Below, in pieces: positions 9,396 to 24,388 of a stretch of DNA of 64,000 nucleotides. The stretch lies in the NCBI GenBank assembly GCA_965221165.1, contig CBDCRP010000003.1:480001-544000 (forward strand), given 5' to 3'. Positions within the stretch are counted from its first letter, which is position 1; every line of letters begins with the position of its first letter. The stretch comes from a bacterium. GTDB taxonomy: Bacteria > UBA8248. The notes below the pieces were generated by a model. The model had not been told where the DNA came from and ran no database searches. It worked only from the letters and a program-made list of their open reading frames with translations. A program made the translations under genes and the position numbers.

Positions 9396-12245
9396 CTAGG
9401 TGAGCGTCCCGTTCAGCGCTCCACGCAGGGAAATGCCCGTGGCGGAGGTCTCGATTTCGGCGATTCGCTCGGGCGGGCCTTCGGCGAGTAGATAACCGCC
9501 CTCCTCCCCTCCCTCGGGACCCAAATCGATGATGTGATCCGCCGATTTGATGACGTCCACGTTGTGCTCGATGACGACGACGGTGTTTCCTTGATCGACC
9601 AGGCGATGCAGCACACCCAGCAGCTTTTCGATGTCGGCGAAGTGAAGCCCCGTGGTCGGCTCATCGAGAATGTACACCGTCCTGCCGGTGGCCCGTTTGG
9701 CGAGTTCCCTGGAGAGCTTGATGCGCTGGGCCTCTCCGCCGCTCAACGTCGTGGCCGGCTGGCCCAGATGCAGATAGCCCAGACCCACGTCCTGGAGCGT
9801 CTTCATCTTCCAGCGTATGGCGTTGATGTTCTCGAAAAACGCTAACGCCTCATCCACCGTCTTCTCGAGCACCTCGGCAATGTTCCGCCCTTTGTAGCGG
9901 ATGTCGAGCGTGTCGCGGTTGAAGCGCCTGCTCTGGCATTCCGAACACTGCACGAACAAATCGGGCAAAAAGTGCATTTCCAGACGAATGTAGCCATCTC
10001 CCTGGCAGGCCTCACAGCGTCCCCCTTTGACGTTGAAGCTGAAGCGCCCGGCGAGATAGCCGCGCTTTCGCGCCTCGGGCACCTGGGAGAAAAGATTCCG
10101 AATCGGGGAGAACACGCCCGTGTAGGTGGCCGGATTACTCCTAGGCGTTCGCCCGATGGGCGATTGATCGATGGCGATGACCTTGTCGATGAGTTCCACG
10201 CCCTCGATGGAATCGTGCGCGCCGGGCGTGGCGAGCGAGCGGTATATGCGCCGTGAAAGCGCACGATAGAGAATCTCGTCCACCAGCGTGCTCTTGCCGC
10301 TGCCGCTCACGCCCGTGACGCATATGAGCAAGCCAAGCGGAAAATCCACGTCCACGTTCTTGAGATTGTGTTGCCGCGCCCCCCGGATGGAGATGCAATC
10401 TCCGCTCGGCGCGCGGCGCTGCTCCGGGCGGGGAATATCGACTTCGCCAGAGAGGTATCGCCCCGTCAGCGAATCGGCGTTCGAGCAAATATCGTCAGGC
10501 GCGCCGCAGGCCACGAGGTATCCGCCATGCTCACCCGCGCCGGGACCCAAATCCACCACGTAGTCGGCCGATTCGATGGTCTCCCTGTCGTGTTCGACGA
10601 CGATGATCGTGTTGCCCATGTCGCGGAGGCGGCGCAGCGTATCCAGAAGGCGGCGGTTGTCGCGCTGGTGCAGGCCGATACTCGGCTCATCGAGCACATA
10701 TAAAACGCCGACCAGACTGGAGCCGATCTGGCTCGCCAGCCGGATTCTCTGGCCCTCGCCTCCCGCAAGCGTTCCCGAAGGTCTGTCTAGCGTGAGGTAG
10801 TTCAGCCCCACTTTTTCGAGAAATTCGAGCCGTTCGATGATTTCCTTCAAAATCCGCTCTGCCACGAGGTCGCTCCCACCCGCGCGGTTTTGTTCTTCAA
10901 AAAAAGCGCGCAGGTTCTTGATGCTCATGGCGGAGACCTCGGCGATGCTTTTTCCGCCATAGGTTACGGCGAGGCTCTCGGGCTTTAAGCGTCCACCCGC
11001 ACAGGCCTCACACGGCATGACGCTCATGTATTTTTCCAAATCCGCTCTCATGCCATCGCTCGCCGTCTTCTCCATACGCTCGGCGAGGGCCGGCACGACG
11101 CCCGGGAAAACGCGCTCGCGCCTGAGCGTGCGTCTGCCCGTCTTGTGGCGGATTTTCAGCTTCCCGCCTCTGCTCCCGTAGAACAGGATGTTCTTGTGTC
11201 TTTTGGAGAGTTTCGCGAAAGGCTTGTCCACCGGGATCTTTTCGGCCTCCATGAACGCGCGCAAGGCGGAAGCCAGAAAACTCTTACTCCCCGCAAGCGG
11301 GGCGATGGCCCCCTCATCCAGCGTGAGCTTCGGATCGGGAACGACTTTTGCCTCATCCATCCGGTGAACCACCCCCAGGCCGCCGCACTCCGTACACGCC
11401 CCGTAGGGGCTGTTGAAAGAGAACATGCGCGGTGCCATCTCGGGAATGTTCACACCGCACGTCGCACAGGTGCATTCCTCGCTGAAAAGATACTCGGTGC
11501 TGTTGTCCTCGAGAAGAATCACCAGCCCTTTGGCGAGCCCGAGGGCCGTCTCGATGGATTCCCCGAGACGTTTTTCTACGCCCGGGCGGAGGACGACATA
11601 GTCCACCACCACCTCGATGTTGTGCGTCATGTGGCGGTTGAGCGATATCTCATCGCCGAGCTGGAAAAACCGTCCGTCCACCCGCACCTTGAGATATCCC
11701 TTCCGCTCTAAGTCCTCGAACTCCCTTCGGTATATCCCCTTGCGGCCACGCACGATGGGAGCGAGAATCTCAAGCGCTTTCCCCGCGCCCAAGCCCATCG
11801 CCCGGCTTACCATCTGCTCCACGTTGAGCGCGTTCATGGATTGTCCGCACGAGGGGCAGTGCGGCAGGCCGAGGCGTGCGTAGAGAAGCCGCAGATGATC
11901 GTAGATCTCCGTCACCGTGCCGACGGTGGAGCGCGGGTTATTGCTTACCGTTTTCTGTTCGATGGCGATGGTGGGCGAGAGGCCCTCGATGGAATCGACG
12001 TCGGGCTTGCCGATCTGATCGATGAACTGGCGCGCGTAGGCGGAGAGGGATTCGATGTAGCGGCGCTGTCCCTCGCCGTAGAGGGTATCGAAGGCGAGAG
12101 AACTCTTGCCCGAGCCGCTCAGGCCCGTGATGACGATGAGCCTGTCGCGCGGCATGTCGAGGCTTAAGTCCTTGAGGTTGTGCTCGCGCGCACCCCGGAC
12201 CCGGATTTTCCTCTCTCGCCGTGTTCTTCCGTTCAGGGACGACAT
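9396..12245 (-). CDS. uvrA: excinuclease ABC subunit A
   Basis: [22 protein letters not shown], two ABC cassettes and zinc fingers; start moved to MSSLNG at 12245. Confidence 0.97.
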   Translation of the reverse strand: MSSLNGRTRRERKIRVRGAREHNLKDLSLDMPRDRLIVITGLSGSGKSSLAFDTLYGEGQRRYIESLSAYARQFIDQIGKPDVDSIEGLSPTIAIEQKTVSNNPRSTVGTVTEIYDHLRLLYARLGLPHCPSCGQSMNALNVEQMVSRAMGLGAGKALEILAPIVRGRKGIYRREFEDLERKGYLKVRVDGRFFQLGDEISLNRHMTHNIEVVVDYVVLRPGVEKRLGESIETALGLAKGLVILLEDNSTEYLFSEECTCATCGVNIPEMAPRMFSFNSPYGACTECGGLGVVHRMDEAKVVPDPKLTLDEGAIAPLAGSKSFLASALRAFMEAEKIPVDKPFAKLSKRHKNILFYGSRGGKLKIRHKTGRRTLRRERVFPGVVPALAERMEKTASDGMRADLEKYMSVMPCEACAGGRLKPESLAVTYGGKSIAEVSAMSIKNLRAFFEEQNRAGGSDLVAERILKEIIERLEFLEKVGLNYLTLDRPSGTLAGGEGQRIRLASQIGSSLVGVLYVLDEPSIGLHQRDNRRLLDTLRRLRDMGNTIIVVEHDRETIESADYVVDLGPGAGEHGGYLVACGAPDDICSNADSLTGRYLSGEVDIPRPEQRRAPSGDCISIRGARQHNLKNVDVDFPLGLLICVTGVSGSGKSTLVDEILYRALSRRIYRSLATPGAHDSIEGVELIDKVIAIDQSPIGRTPRSNPATYTGVFSPIRNLFSQVPEARKRGYLAGRFSFNVKGGRCEACQGDGYIRLEMHFLPDLFVQCSECQSRRFNRDTLDIRYKGRNIAEVLEKTVDEALAFFENINAIRWKMKTLQDVGLGYLHLGQPATTLSGGEAQRIKLSRELAKRATGRTVYILDEPTTGLHFADIEKLLGVLHRLVDQGNTVVVIEHNVDVIKSADHIIDLGPEGGEEGGYLLAEGPPERIAEIETSATGISLRGALNGTLT

Positions 12246-12310
12246 GAACTCTCCCGGCGCGCGCCGCCGCGCGGAGGCGGGGCCTCGCAAAGAGCGAGAC
12301 GATGAGCGGG

Positions 12311-13084
12311 CTAGTACCAGATGAGCCCGCCCGTCACGTTGATGTCCTGGGCGGTCATGTGAGCGGCCTCCTCAGAGGCCAGGAAAACGCACAAGGCGGC
12401 GTGATCTTCCGCGTCGACGAGCGTCTTGAGAGCCGCCGGCGCGGTGAAGGTCTGCTTCGCCTCCTCGAAGGTGGTGCCGAAACTCTGCGCCATGTTATCG
12501 ATGACGCTGTCGATCCTGGGGCCCGAGGTGGCTCCGGGGCAAATCGCGTTCACCGTGACGCCGTACTCGCCGAGTTCGAACGCGAGGGTGCGCGTCAAGC
12601 CGATGACCGCCATCTTGGACGCCGTGTAGGGCGTGCGGTTCGGCAGGGGGCGCTTGCCGCTCATCGAACTGATGTTGAGGATGCGCCCGTATTTGTTCTT
12701 CTTCATCGTGGGGATGACGTGCTTCGTCATCAGGAACGTGCCCGTGACGTTGACGCCGAAGCACTCCTCCCATTCCTCGCGCGTCACGTCCTCACACGCC
12801 TGCGTGGGGCCTGCGATACCGGAGTTGTTCACGAGGATGTCGATGGTCCCGAACTCGGCGAGCGTCTTCTCGACGAGGGCCTGAACCTCGGCCTCGTCCG
12901 TGAGGTCGGTGGGCGCGACGAGGGAGGCGCCGTCCGGCATCCCGGCGGCGGTGTCTTCTAAATTCGCGTGTGTGCGCGCGGCGAGCACGACCTTGGCCCC
13001 CTCGCGCGCGAACGTCAGCGCGATGACTTTTCCGATACCCTGCCCCGCCCCGGTGACGATGGCGACTTTATCCTTCAAACGCAT
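12311..13084 (-). CDS. short-chain dehydrogenase/reductase (SDR)
   Basis: [17 protein letters not shown]. Confidence 0.92.
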   Translation of the reverse strand: MRLKDKVAIVTGAGQGIGKVIALTFAREGAKVVLAARTHANLEDTAAGMPDGASLVAPTDLTDEAEVQALVEKTLAEFGTIDILVNNSGIAGPTQACEDVTREEWEECFGVNVTGTFLMTKHVIPTMKKNKYGRILNISSMSGKRPLPNRTPYTASKMAVIGLTRTLAFELGEYGVTVNAICPGATSGPRIDSVIDNMAQSFGTTFEEAKQTFTAPAALKTLVDAEDHAALCVFLASEEAAHMTAQDINVTGGLIWY

Positions 13085-13127
13085 ATTATGACTTCTCCCG
13101 TTGAGCCAGGTACGAATGTATGAATGT

Positions 13128-13550
13128 TCATTCCGCCGAGGGCAGTTCCGCTCCCGGGAACCAATAGCCCAACTCGAAAGCGGCGGTATCGGGCGCGTCG
13201 GAGCCGTGCGTGGAGTTGCGCTCGATGCTCTCGCCCAATTCCGCGCGAATCGTTCCCGGATCGGCCTCCGCGGGGTTCGTCGCGCCCATCACGTCGCGCC
13301 AGCGCCTGATGGCGTCCTCGCGCTCGAGGGCCAGCACCACCGTGCGGCCTGAGGACATGAACGTCGTGAGATCGCCGAAGAAGGGGCGTTCCCTGTGAAC
13401 CGCGTAAAAACCCTCGGCCTGCGCTTTCGACATGCGGACGAGCTTCATGCCCAGAACCTCGAAACCCTCCTCCTCGATGCGCGAGAGAATCCTGCCGCTG
13501 AGGCCGCGCTCGGTGGCGTCGGGTTTAATCATCGCGAACGTGCGTTCCAT
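13128..13550 (-). CDS. ndk: nucleoside diphosphate kinase
   Basis: [28 protein letters not shown]. Confidence 0.97.
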   Translation of the reverse strand: MERTFAMIKPDATERGLSGRILSRIEEEGFEVLGMKLVRMSKAQAEGFYAVHRERPFFGDLTTFMSSGRTVVLALEREDAIRRWRDVMGATNPAEADPGTIRAELGESIERNSTHGSDAPDTAAFELGYWFPGAELPSAE

Positions 13551-13577
13551 ATGCTGTTTCCCTTTCCGTGTGTGGCG

Positions 13578-14474
13578 TTATGCCCCACCCAGCGCCTTGG
13601 CCATGGTCAGGCCCATCTCGGCCGGGCTTTCGGTGACGTGAATGCCGCATTCGTCCATGACCCGCATCTTCTCGGCCGCGGTGCCCTCCCCGCCGGAGAT
13701 AATCGCGCCCGCGTGGCCCATCCGCCGGCCCGGAGGAGCCGTCTGGCCCGCGATGAAGCCCACGAGCGGCTTCGTGACGTTCTCCTTCGCCCAGCGCGCC
13801 GCGTCCTGCTCGGCGGAGCCGCCGATCTCGCCGATCACGATGATGGCCTCGGTCTTCGGGTCGTCCTCGAACATGCGCAAGAGATCGATGTACATCGTGC
13901 CGATGACGGGGTCGCCCCCGATCCCCACGCAGGTGGTCTGGCCCAGACCCTGCTCCGTGAGCTGGGCGACGACCTCATATGTGAGCGTGCCGCTCTTCGA
14001 GATGACGCCGATGGTGCCTTCCTTGTGAATGTGGCCCGGCATGATGCCCATCTTACAGCCGCCGGGCGTGATGACGCCCGGGCAGTTGGGGCCGATGAGC
14101 ACGGCTTCGCCCTCTTCCATGTGGCGTTTCACATACACCATGTCGCGCACCGGAATGCCCTCGGTGATGCACACCACGAGCGGGAGCCCTGCGTCCACGG
14201 CCTCCACGATGGCGTCCGCCGCGAAGGGGGGCGGCACGAAGATGAGCGAGGCGTTCGCGCCCGTCTCGCGGACCGCCTCGGCCACCGTATTGAACACGGG
14301 CGCGCCGTCCGCCTCCTGGCCGCCCTTGCCGGGCGTCACGCCGGCCACCACCGCGCCGCCGCCGCCCGCGAACTCGCGGCTGTATTTTTGACATTGTCCC
14401 GCGTGAAAGCCTCCCTCGCGCCCGGTGATGCCCTGCACGAGGATGCGCGTCTCCTTGTCGATCAGAATACTCAA
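13578..14474 (-). CDS. sucD: succinyl-CoA ligase subunit alpha
   Basis: [27 protein letters not shown]. Confidence 0.97.
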   Translation of the reverse strand: MSILIDKETRILVQGITGREGGFHAGQCQKYSREFAGGGGAVVAGVTPGKGGQEADGAPVFNTVAEAVRETGANASLIFVPPPFAADAIVEAVDAGLPLVVCITEGIPVRDMVYVKRHMEEGEAVLIGPNCPGVITPGGCKMGIMPGHIHKEGTIGVISKSGTLTYEVVAQLTEQGLGQTTCVGIGGDPVIGTMYIDLLRMFEDDPKTEAIIVIGEIGGSAEQDAARWAKENVTKPLVGFIAGQTAPPGRRMGHAGAIISGGEGTAAEKMRVMDECGIHVTESPAEMGLTMAKALGGA

Positions 14475-14485
14475 AACCAGACCCC

Positions 14486-15646
14486 CTAGCGTTTAAGGGC
14501 CGCGACCACCTTCTCGGCGGAATCGGCCATGGCATTGCCCACGGTGAAATCGAGACCCGAGCCTTCGAGTATCTCGCGGCCCTTCTCCACGTTCGTCCCC
14601 TCCATGCGGATGATGATGGGCACGTTCACGTTCACGGTCTTGACCGCCTCCACGACGCCTTCGGCGAGAATGTCGCAGCGCAGAATGCCGCCGAAGATGT
14701 TGATGAAAACGGCCTTCACGTCCGGATCGTCCATGAGGATGCGAAAGGCGTTCTCCACCATCTCCTTGCTCGCGCCGCCGCCCACGTCGAGGAAGTTCGC
14801 GGGGGACGCCCCGGCGAGTTTGATGATGTCCATCGTCGCCATGGCGAGGCCAGCGCCGTTCACCATGCAGGCGACCGAGCCGTCGAGCTTGATGTAGTTG
14901 AGGTTGAATTTCGAGGCCTCGACCTCGAGCGGATCTTCTTCGTCCTCATCGCGCATCGCGGCCACCTCCTCGTGGCGGTAGAGCGCGTTGTCGTCAAAAT
15001 TCACCTTGGCGTCGAGCGCGAGGATGCGGCCGTCCTTCGTCTGCACCAGGGGGTTGATCTCGAGGAGGGAAGCGTCCATTTCGTCATAAAACCGATAGAG
15101 ATTCGTGACGAATTTGACCCCCTCGCGAACGAGGTCGGCGGGTAAATCCAGTCCATAGACGACGCGCCGCGCAGTCGAGGGCCAAATGGATAATGCCGGG
15201 TCGACGGGAACCTTCAGGAGTTTTTCGGGCGTTTTCGCGGCCACCTCCTCGATGTCCATACCGCCCTCGGTGCTGGCCATAATGGTGGGGCGGCCCGTGG
15301 CGCGGTCGAGTACGATGCCGAGATAGAGTTCTCGCTCGATGTCGCTCGCCTCCTCTACCCAGACCTTCTTGACGAGACGACCTTCCGGCCCCGTCTGGTG
15401 CGTCACCAGCGTCATGCCGAGAATCTGCGAGGCCGCCTCTTTCGCCTCCGCAGGCGTCCCGGCCAGCTTGACGCCGCCGCCCTTGCCGCGCCCGCCGGCG
15501 TGAATCTGCGCCTTGACGACCACCGTGCCGCCCAGATCCGCAGCGATGCGCTCGGCCGCATCCGCCGTCTCGGCGACCCCGCCCCTCGGGACGGCCACGC
15601 CGTATTTCGCAAGTAATTCCTTGCCTTGGTACTCGTGGATGTTCAT
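14486..15646 (-). CDS. sucC: succinyl-CoA ligase subunit beta
   Basis: [43 protein letters not shown]. Confidence 0.97.
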   Translation of the reverse strand: MNIHEYQGKELLAKYGVAVPRGGVAETADAAERIAADLGGTVVVKAQIHAGGRGKGGGVKLAGTPAEAKEAASQILGMTLVTHQTGPEGRLVKKVWVEEASDIERELYLGIVLDRATGRPTIMASTEGGMDIEEVAAKTPEKLLKVPVDPALSIWPSTARRVVYGLDLPADLVREGVKFVTNLYRFYDEMDASLLEINPLVQTKDGRILALDAKVNFDDNALYRHEEVAAMRDEDEEDPLEVEASKFNLNYIKLDGSVACMVNGAGLAMATMDIIKLAGASPANFLDVGGGASKEMVENAFRILMDDPDVKAVFINIFGGILRCDILAEGVVEAVKTVNVNVPIIIRMEGTNVEKGREILEGSGLDFTVGNAMADSAEKVVAALKR

Positions 15647-15746
15647 CCAGCCCCTCCAGAATCAATGCGAAAATGAATTTTAATGCTGAACCCTCACGTG
15701 CAAATCCCGCGTCTCGAAAACCGATGCCGAAACGCACGAGCGGGCC

Positions 15747-16292
15747 TCACTTTGCAAACTTCTTAAAGCCTTCCGCGAAAATATCTTGCCCCCGGCTGTC
15801 CACGGCAACCACGACCGGAAATTTTTCGACCACCAGCCTGCGAATCGCCTCGGTCCCCAAATCCTCGTAAGCGATGAGTTCGACCTCCTTGACCCGCTTC
15901 GCCAGCAGGGCGGCCGTTCCGCCAATGGCCGCGAAATAGACGGCGCGATGACGGGCGATGGCCTCCACCACCGCCGGGCTCCTGCCCCCCTTGCCTATCA
16001 TTCCGGTGAGGCCGAGTTCCAGCATCCTGGGCGTGTAGGCGTCCATGCGACCGCTCGTCGTGGGTCCCGCCGAGCCGATGATGGCCCCCGGCTTGGGCGG
16101 CGTCGGCCCCACGTAGAAGAGCACCTGGCCCGCCACCTCGATAGGCAGGGTTTCTCCGCGCGCCGCCTCCTCAAGCATTCGTTTGTGGGCTGCATCCCGC
16201 GCCGTATAGAGGACGCCGCTCAACTCGCACATATCACCCATCGAGAGGGATTCCACCACCTCGGGGTCGAGCGGCAGGCCGATCGTCCGCAT
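15747..16292 (-). CDS. class I fumarate hydratase (Fe-S), beta subunit
   Basis: YTARDAAHKR, GSAGPTTSGRMD, MIGKGG, DLGTEAI; TCA context favours fumarase over tartrate dehydratase. Confidence 0.88.
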   Translation of the reverse strand: MRTIGLPLDPEVVESLSMGDMCELSGVLYTARDAAHKRMLEEAARGETLPIEVAGQVLFYVGPTPPKPGAIIGSAGPTTSGRMDAYTPRMLELGLTGMIGKGGRSPAVVEAIARHRAVYFAAIGGTAALLAKRVKEVELIAYEDLGTEAIRRLVVEKFPVVVAVDSRGQDIFAEGFKKFAK

Positions 16293-16293
16293 C

Positions 16294-17136
16294 CTAGAGC
16301 ACCACCTCGGCGTGGCGATGCGCGTGGCATTCCACGTTCACGCAAATCGGCAGCGCTCCGATGTGGCAGGCGTAGGTTTCGACGTGCACGGCGATGCAGG
16401 TGGTGTCCCCGCCCATGCCCATCGGCCCTACGCCGGTCCTGTTCACCGCCTCGAGTATGTCACGTTCGAGTTCTGCGACGAGGGGATCGGGGTTGGGCGC
16501 GCCCAATTCGCGAAACAATGCCCACTTTGCCTGAAGCGCCGCCTTTTCAATCGAGCCGCCCAGACCGATGCCCAATAAAATGGGGGGACATGGGTTCCCC
16601 CCCGATTTGAAAACGTGGTCGACAATCGTCTGAATCACTCCCTCGCGGCCATCCGATGGCTTGAGCATGCGCGCCATGCTCATGTTTTCGGCACCCGTTC
16701 CCTTCGCGGCGAAATAGAGTTTTAGGCGATCACCCTCAACAACGCGGTAGTGGATGACCGCGGGCGTGTTGTCCTTGGTGTTCACGCGGCGGAGCGGGTC
16801 GTTGACCACCGAGCCGCGCAAATAACCGTCCCGATAGCCCTGGCGAATCCCCTCGTTGATGGCGTCCTCCAGAAGCCCGCCTTCTATGTGGACGTCCTGG
16901 CCTACCTCGGCGAAGACGATGGAAACGCCCGTGTCCTGGCAATAAGGCACGCGCTCGGCGGACGCCAGCGCCGCGTTCTCGGTAATCTGGTCGAGCACCA
17001 TGAGGCCGAGAGAGGAGGTTTCACCGGCTTTCGCCTCTTCGACCTTCCGCACGTAGGCGGGGTCGACATGGTAGTTCGACTCGATGGACATCTCGCGAAT
17101 CCTGGCCGTCACTTCGCCTGCGTCTATCGTTCGCAT
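16294..17136 (-). CDS. class I fumarate hydratase (Fe-S), alpha subunit
   Basis: CQDTG, KGTGAEN, NPCPP, GPMGMGG, CHIGALP, CHAHR. Confidence 0.88.
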   Translation of the reverse strand: MRTIDAGEVTARIREMSIESNYHVDPAYVRKVEEAKAGETSSLGLMVLDQITENAALASAERVPYCQDTGVSIVFAEVGQDVHIEGGLLEDAINEGIRQGYRDGYLRGSVVNDPLRRVNTKDNTPAVIHYRVVEGDRLKLYFAAKGTGAENMSMARMLKPSDGREGVIQTIVDHVFKSGGNPCPPILLGIGLGGSIEKAALQAKWALFRELGAPNPDPLVAELERDILEAVNRTGVGPMGMGGDTTCIAVHVETYACHIGALPICVNVECHAHRHAEVVL

Positions 17137-17178
17137 CGCACGTCCATCCCCCAAGTATTCTTCGGTGAAGCAGCGCGC

Positions 17179-18126
<948 letters not shown>

Positions 18127-18145
18127 TTAGATTACATGTTCTAGA

Positions 18146-19396
<1,251 letters not shown>

Positions 19397-19845
19397 TCAA
19401 TGCTCCCCTTAAGTTTCGTCATGCGAAAAAATACGTCGCCGAAAATACGAGAAAACGGAATAGCGGTTTCGTTCAAAGATAAAATTCGCCGAACGGCACC
19501 CGAAAGAATTTTTGGGGCAGAACGCTCGCCACTCATCAAAACGAACTTTACCGCCCTCTCCATATCACGTCCCCCGCTCCGATGCCAGCCGGGGGGAGAA
19601 GATTTTTCATCTCCCGGAGGCATCATAATCCGGCTGGAACCCAGGGGTGAATTCTGATAGGGTGGGGTTGATTTTCAGGTGGCGCGACGCCGGTCGGCAA
19701 ACCTGAACAATTCGATAAATTTAGATAAATTGACGATGTTTTTCGATAAATTTCCGAGGTATTACTGAGGCGCGCTACATCAAGGATGCTCTCATAAAAC
19801 TCGTTCAAAGTCAAGCAGTTATCCTCCCCCGACACGCGGTTTCCC

Positions 19846-20679
19846 ATGGCACATCACACAAGACGAAAACTCGGCCAACATTTCCTGCACGAGAAGAAGT
19901 ATCTCACGCAAATCATTGATTTAGCAGATATTACTCCCGGAGAGCATGTGCTTGAAATCGGCGTGGGCGAAGGCGCTCTCACGCGATACCTCCTCAATGC
20001 CGGCGCCATCGTCCACGGCATCGAGATAGACGAAGCCCTCATCCCTGCGCTCAAGAAGATGGAGGATGAGCACGAGAGATTTCATCTGATTCACGGCGAC
20101 GCGCTCACCCTCGACTACGCCGTTCTCCCGGAGAAGATGAAGCTGGTGGCGAATCTGCCCTACCAGGTCGCCTCGGCCATCACCTCGCAAGTTACTAAAA
20201 AGATTGACCAATTTCCTCTCATGGTTTTGATGGTGCAGCGCGAGGTGGGCGGGAGGCTGTGCTCCGAACCAGGTGGAAAAGACTATGGCTCACTCACCCT
20301 TTGGGTGGGGTATCGCTACGAGGTGAAGCTGTGCCAGGTGGTGCCACCGGGCGCGTTTCGCCCGCCGCCCAAGGTCGATTCCGCGATCATGCGCCTCACG
20401 GCGAGAGAGGAACCCCAGGTGGAGGTGGCGGATGAAAATCTCTATTTCCAGATTATTCAGGCGGGTTTCGCCCACCGCAGAAAAACGCTGTTCAATAATC
20501 TCAAATCATTGAATTTACTTGAGTTAAAAGATGTGAACAGATTCTCCTCAAACCCCGAGGCTTTGCGAAACCTTCTTGGAAGAGCAGACATCGACCCCGG
20601 CCGGCGCGCCGAAACCCTGGACGCTCAAGAATTCGCGAGAATTGCCCGAGCCATGGAATCTCTCATGGGTGGTGCGTAG
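19846..20679 (+). CDS. rsmA: 16S rRNA m6,2A1518/1519 dimethyltransferase
   Basis: LGQHFL, LEIGVGEG, VANLPY, MVQREV, FRPPPKVDS, RRAETL. Confidence 0.96.
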   Translation: MAHHTRRKLGQHFLHEKKYLTQIIDLADITPGEHVLEIGVGEGALTRYLLNAGAIVHGIEIDEALIPALKKMEDEHERFHLIHGDALTLDYAVLPEKMKLVANLPYQVASAITSQVTKKIDQFPLMVLMVQREVGGRLCSEPGGKDYGSLTLWVGYRYEVKLCQVVPPGAFRPPPKVDSAIMRLTAREEPQVEVADENLYFQIIQAGFAHRRKTLFNNLKSLNLLELKDVNRFSSNPEALRNLLGRADIDPGRRAETLDAQEFARIARAMESLMGGA

Positions 20680-20682
20680 ACG

Positions 20683-21567
20683 TTGGCAACCAGAATCTTG
20701 ATTTACCGAATGGGAGCATTCGGGGACACTCTGCTATTGGCTTTATTATTCAAACATTTACGTGCTTACTATGAAAACGTTCACATCACGCTGGCAGCAA
20801 ACCCCAATTATGCAGCCTCACTACTCGACTCGGGGCTGATTCACGAAATTCTCGATGGGGGAGCAGCCCCTTTCCACCTCCTGTTTCACGACCAACCACT
20901 GGAAAACGACGCGTTATATCAACTCATCGAGCCCTACGATACGTGCATGTTCTACACTTCGGACATTTCAGGAGATCTCGCTAAACGGCTGAAATCAAGT
21001 GGGTCGGATAAATTTCAGATCTATCCGCCTTTTCCTCCTGCCTCAGAAGAAATTCACATTTGTGAGTGGATAATGCGTCCTTGGCCATCTTTGGGTCCTA
21101 CCAAGAATGAGAAAGTCACACTGAAATCTTCACAAAAAAATTTAATTTTAGCTGATAAAATATTGAATAAATATGGAATAAAGGATTATTTCTTCATCAT
21201 CCATCCGGGCGGCGGGGGGAAGAACAAATGGGTTCCCCTGAAGATTCTCACCGAAGTCGGGCGAATACATGCGGATGAAACGGGCCATCGATCCATCCTG
21301 GTGGAAGGGCCTGCGGATTCGGTGGCCTGCGGGGAATTTCAAAGGCTTTGGAACGATCCCATCCCGACCTTCAAGGAAGTCCCACCCAAAGTTCTAAGCG
21401 CTATTTTATCAAAATCTTCTGCGTATTTTGGAGGGGATTCCGGCGTTTCTCATCTCGCGTCTCTTTATGCGCCGGACGCCACGATACTTTATGGTCCTTA
21501 TTCCAACATGCGGGTTTGGCACCCCATAGGTTCTCACACGCACTGTGTTCCATGGGAAACAATATGA
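20683..21567 (+). CDS. glycosyltransferase family 9 (heptosyltransferase-like)
   Basis: RMGAFGDTLL, IHPGGGG..KW, GGDSGVSHLA, LYGP. Confidence 0.85.
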   Translation: MATRILIYRMGAFGDTLLLALLFKHLRAYYENVHITLAANPNYAASLLDSGLIHEILDGGAAPFHLLFHDQPLENDALYQLIEPYDTCMFYTSDISGDLAKRLKSSGSDKFQIYPPFPPASEEIHICEWIMRPWPSLGPTKNEKVTLKSSQKNLILADKILNKYGIKDYFFIIHPGGGGKNKWVPLKILTEVGRIHADETGHRSILVEGPADSVACGEFQRLWNDPIPTFKEVPPKVLSAILSKSSAYFGGDSGVSHLASLYAPDATILYGPYSNMRVWHPIGSHTHCVPWETI

Positions 21568-21636
21568 GGGGTTGAGTCTTTTTATTCTTTGAGTCTATTT
21601 TTGCCAAGACAGACGAAACCCCAACAAAAACAAACA

Positions 21637-22365
21637 TCAACCAATAAAGTTGGCCAGCCTGCCCCAGCGCGGTGAACCCGAATCTCCGTTCCAAGACCAA
21701 TAAATCATGAAAGCGGAGCCACGGAGTTTATCGTCCCAACACGGCGTAGACCATAACGAACAAGGAAAAGGCAATACAAAAGCATAACCCGCAAAACGGA
21801 CAGGTATATGATTCACACGCTCACCCATTTTCAAAAAACCCCAAAAACGGCTGTCTTGGCTGTTGTTTCGGTTATCCCCAAGCATAAACAGATGATTCAG
21901 CGGGACTTTCTGGGGACCCCATTTACTCTCAAAACCCACGGCGGCATCATTTGGCTTAAACCGCACGTATTTCTCATCCAGAGACGCACATTTTTCCGGC
22001 GTGTTCGGCGTGGCGCAATTGATGAACACTTTTTTTCCGCGAACCATCACCTCCTCGCCCGGCAAAGCTATGACGCGCTTGATGAAATCCCGCCGTTCAT
22101 CTTTAGGAAATCTGAACACGATAATGTCTCCGCGCCTAGGCTTACGGAACCAAAATATGAATTTATTGACCAGTATATGATCTCCGACAAGGAGAGTATT
22201 TTCCATCGACCCCGAGGGTATCTTGAATGCTTGCACCACGAAGGTGCGTACGAACATAGCTAGCAATAAAGCAATGATGATCGCTTCGCTGTATTCACGA
22301 AAAGTTGATTTTGATTTGCGCTTACTCTTCGCGCTCTTGCTCGTTGCTAAACTAGCATCCGACAC
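21637..22365 (-). CDS. lepB: signal peptidase I
   Basis: KIPSGSM (Ser), FIKRVI (Lys), GDNRNNSQDSR; follows lepA. Confidence 0.95.
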   Translation of the reverse strand: MSDASLATSKSAKSKRKSKSTFREYSEAIIIALLLAMFVRTFVVQAFKIPSGSMENTLLVGDHILVNKFIFWFRKPRRGDIIVFRFPKDERRDFIKRVIALPGEEVMVRGKKVFINCATPNTPEKCASLDEKYVRFKPNDAAVGFESKWGPQKVPLNHLFMLGDNRNNSQDSRFWGFLKMGERVNHIPVRFAGYAFVLPFPCSLWSTPCWDDKLRGSAFMIYWSWNGDSGSPRWGRLANFIG

Positions 22366-22367
22366 AT

Positions 22368-24170
22368 CTACTCCTTGCCCACATCCAAAACCGCCATAAA
22401 TGCCTCCTGAGGCACTTCCACCGTCCCTATATTCTTCATGCGTTTCTTGCCTTCCCGCTGCTTCTCCAGTAGTTTTCGTTTTCGCGTGATATCACCACCA
22501 TAGCATTTCGCCGTAACATCTTTTCTCAACGCCCGAATCGTCTCCCGCGCAATCACCCGGTTCCCAACCGCGGCCTGAATGATGACCTCGAACATTTGCT
22601 TTGGGATAATCTCTTTCATCTTTTGTACCAGCGCTCGACCATGATAATAGGCTTTCTCTTTATGAATGATCGTGGAAAATGGATCGATCGGCTGTCCGTT
22701 CAACAAGATATCCAGCTTTACCACTTCCGCCGAACGGAAATCCAGATGTTCATAATCGAAACTCGCGTATCCGCGGGAAACGGATTTTAATTTGTCATAA
22801 AAATCAAAAAGAATCTCGCTAAAGGGTAGTTCATAGACGATTTGCACTGTGTTTGTATCGATATATTCCATGGAGCGCTGTATACCACGCTTCTCCTGCG
22901 TTAATTTTAGAACGGCACCCACATATTCTGAGGGCACAAGAATAGTTCCCAAAATGAAAGGTTCCTCGATTGCCTCAATCCTTGATAGTTCGGGTAATTT
23001 TGCTGGGCTATCGATTTCCTCTACCGTTGCATCACTAAGCAAAACTCGAAAAATCACCGTCGGGGCCGTGATGATAAGCGTGAGATCATATTCGCGTTCG
23101 AGCCTTTCTCGAATGATTTCCATGTGCAGAAGACCCAAGAATCCACATCTAAAACCAAATCCCAAAGCGACCGAAGTCTCTGGCTCGTAGGTAAAAGCCG
23201 AATCGTTTAGCCTGAGCTTCTCAAGTGCAGTCCTTAAATCTTCATATTCGGCGCTGTCCGCCGCATATAAGCCGCTATATACCATCGCTTTCGGCTCTTG
23301 GAAGCCTTTAATGGCCTGACTCGCAGGTTTGTGGGCAAGCGTAACGGTGTCGCCCACCCGGGTATCGCTCACCTCGCGTATCGAAGCCGACAAGATTCCC
23401 ACTTCACCCGGCCCGAGTTCTTTCACTTTCACTTCATGAGGCGTAAATGTGCTTAAGCTTAAAACTTGGTATTCCTTTCCGGTCGCCATGAACCTGATGA
23501 TATCGCCCTTGCGGATGGTTCCCTCGAACATGCGGAACAAAGGAATAGCTCCCTGGTAGGAATCATACCAGGAATCTATCACGAGCCCTTGCGCGGAACC
23601 TTGTGGCTTTCCTCTTGGAGGTGGAACCCGGTCAACGATCGCTTCAAGCAGGGCTTCCACTCCTTCCCCTTGTTTCGCGCTCACCAGAAGGCATTCTTCC
23701 CTATCAATTCCGATGACATCTTCCACTTGCCTCATCACACGTTCAGGGTCCGCCGCCGGCAAGTCGATTTTGTTGATCACCGGGATAATGGCTAAATCCT
23801 GTCCCAACGCCAGATACGCATTCGCCATCGTTTGCGCCTGGATGCCTTGGGTGGCATCGACCAGCAACAAAGCGCCCTCACAAGCTTGCAGGCTTCTGGA
23901 AACTTCATAGCTGAAATCCACATGACCGGGTGTATCTATGAGATTAAATACATACTCGTCTCCCTGGAGCGATTTATACTGTAAACGAACCGTCGCCGCC
24001 TTGATGGTGATGCCCCTTTCCTGCTCCAAGTCCATAGAATCTAAGACCTGAGACGACATTTCACGCTTTGAAAGCGCCCCGGTCATTTCCAGAATGCGAT
24101 CCGCCAGGGTGGATTTTCCATGATCGATGTGCGCGATGATTGAAAAGTTCCTGATTCGCTCGATGTTCAC
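22368..24170 (-). CDS. lepA: elongation factor 4 (LepA)
   Basis: [45 protein letters not shown]. Confidence 0.98.
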   Translation of the reverse strand: MNIERIRNFSIIAHIDHGKSTLADRILEMTGALSKREMSSQVLDSMDLEQERGITIKAATVRLQYKSLQGDEYVFNLIDTPGHVDFSYEVSRSLQACEGALLLVDATQGIQAQTMANAYLALGQDLAIIPVINKIDLPAADPERVMRQVEDVIGIDREECLLVSAKQGEGVEALLEAIVDRVPPPRGKPQGSAQGLVIDSWYDSYQGAIPLFRMFEGTIRKGDIIRFMATGKEYQVLSLSTFTPHEVKVKELGPGEVGILSASIREVSDTRVGDTVTLAHKPASQAIKGFQEPKAMVYSGLYAADSAEYEDLRTALEKLRLNDSAFTYEPETSVALGFGFRCGFLGLLHMEIIRERLEREYDLTLIITAPTVIFRVLLSDATVEEIDSPAKLPELSRIEAIEEPFILGTILVPSEYVGAVLKLTQEKRGIQRSMEYIDTNTVQIVYELPFSEILFDFYDKLKSVSRGYASFDYEHLDFRSAEVVKLDILLNGQPIDPFSTIIHKEKAYYHGRALVQKMKEIIPKQMFEVIIQAAVGNRVIARETIRALRKDVTAKCYGGDITRKRKLLEKQREGKKRMKNIGTVEVPQEAFMAVLDVGKE

Positions 24171-24388
24171 AGCTAGGAAAAATCTCTCTGGGAAGGGAAA
24201 TGGCGCAAATGCCGGAACTGCGTGATTCTAGCCGAAAATCTCATATCCGCTCTTCGATTCCCGAGCGTATGACAAAAACAATTCTCGATAAACCTGCTGA
24301 ATTCCCTCATTACCGAGCGAACACGCTATATCAAACTTGTCCAACCTTGGTCAAATTGATTGCCTCCGGAAATACACGATGTTAGCAT

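Noticed and set aside
19400-19845. tRNA or known riboswitch in the icd-rsmA spacer
   Set aside because: No cloverleaf, T-loop or recognised aptamer consensus; kept only as an unassigned candidate structure
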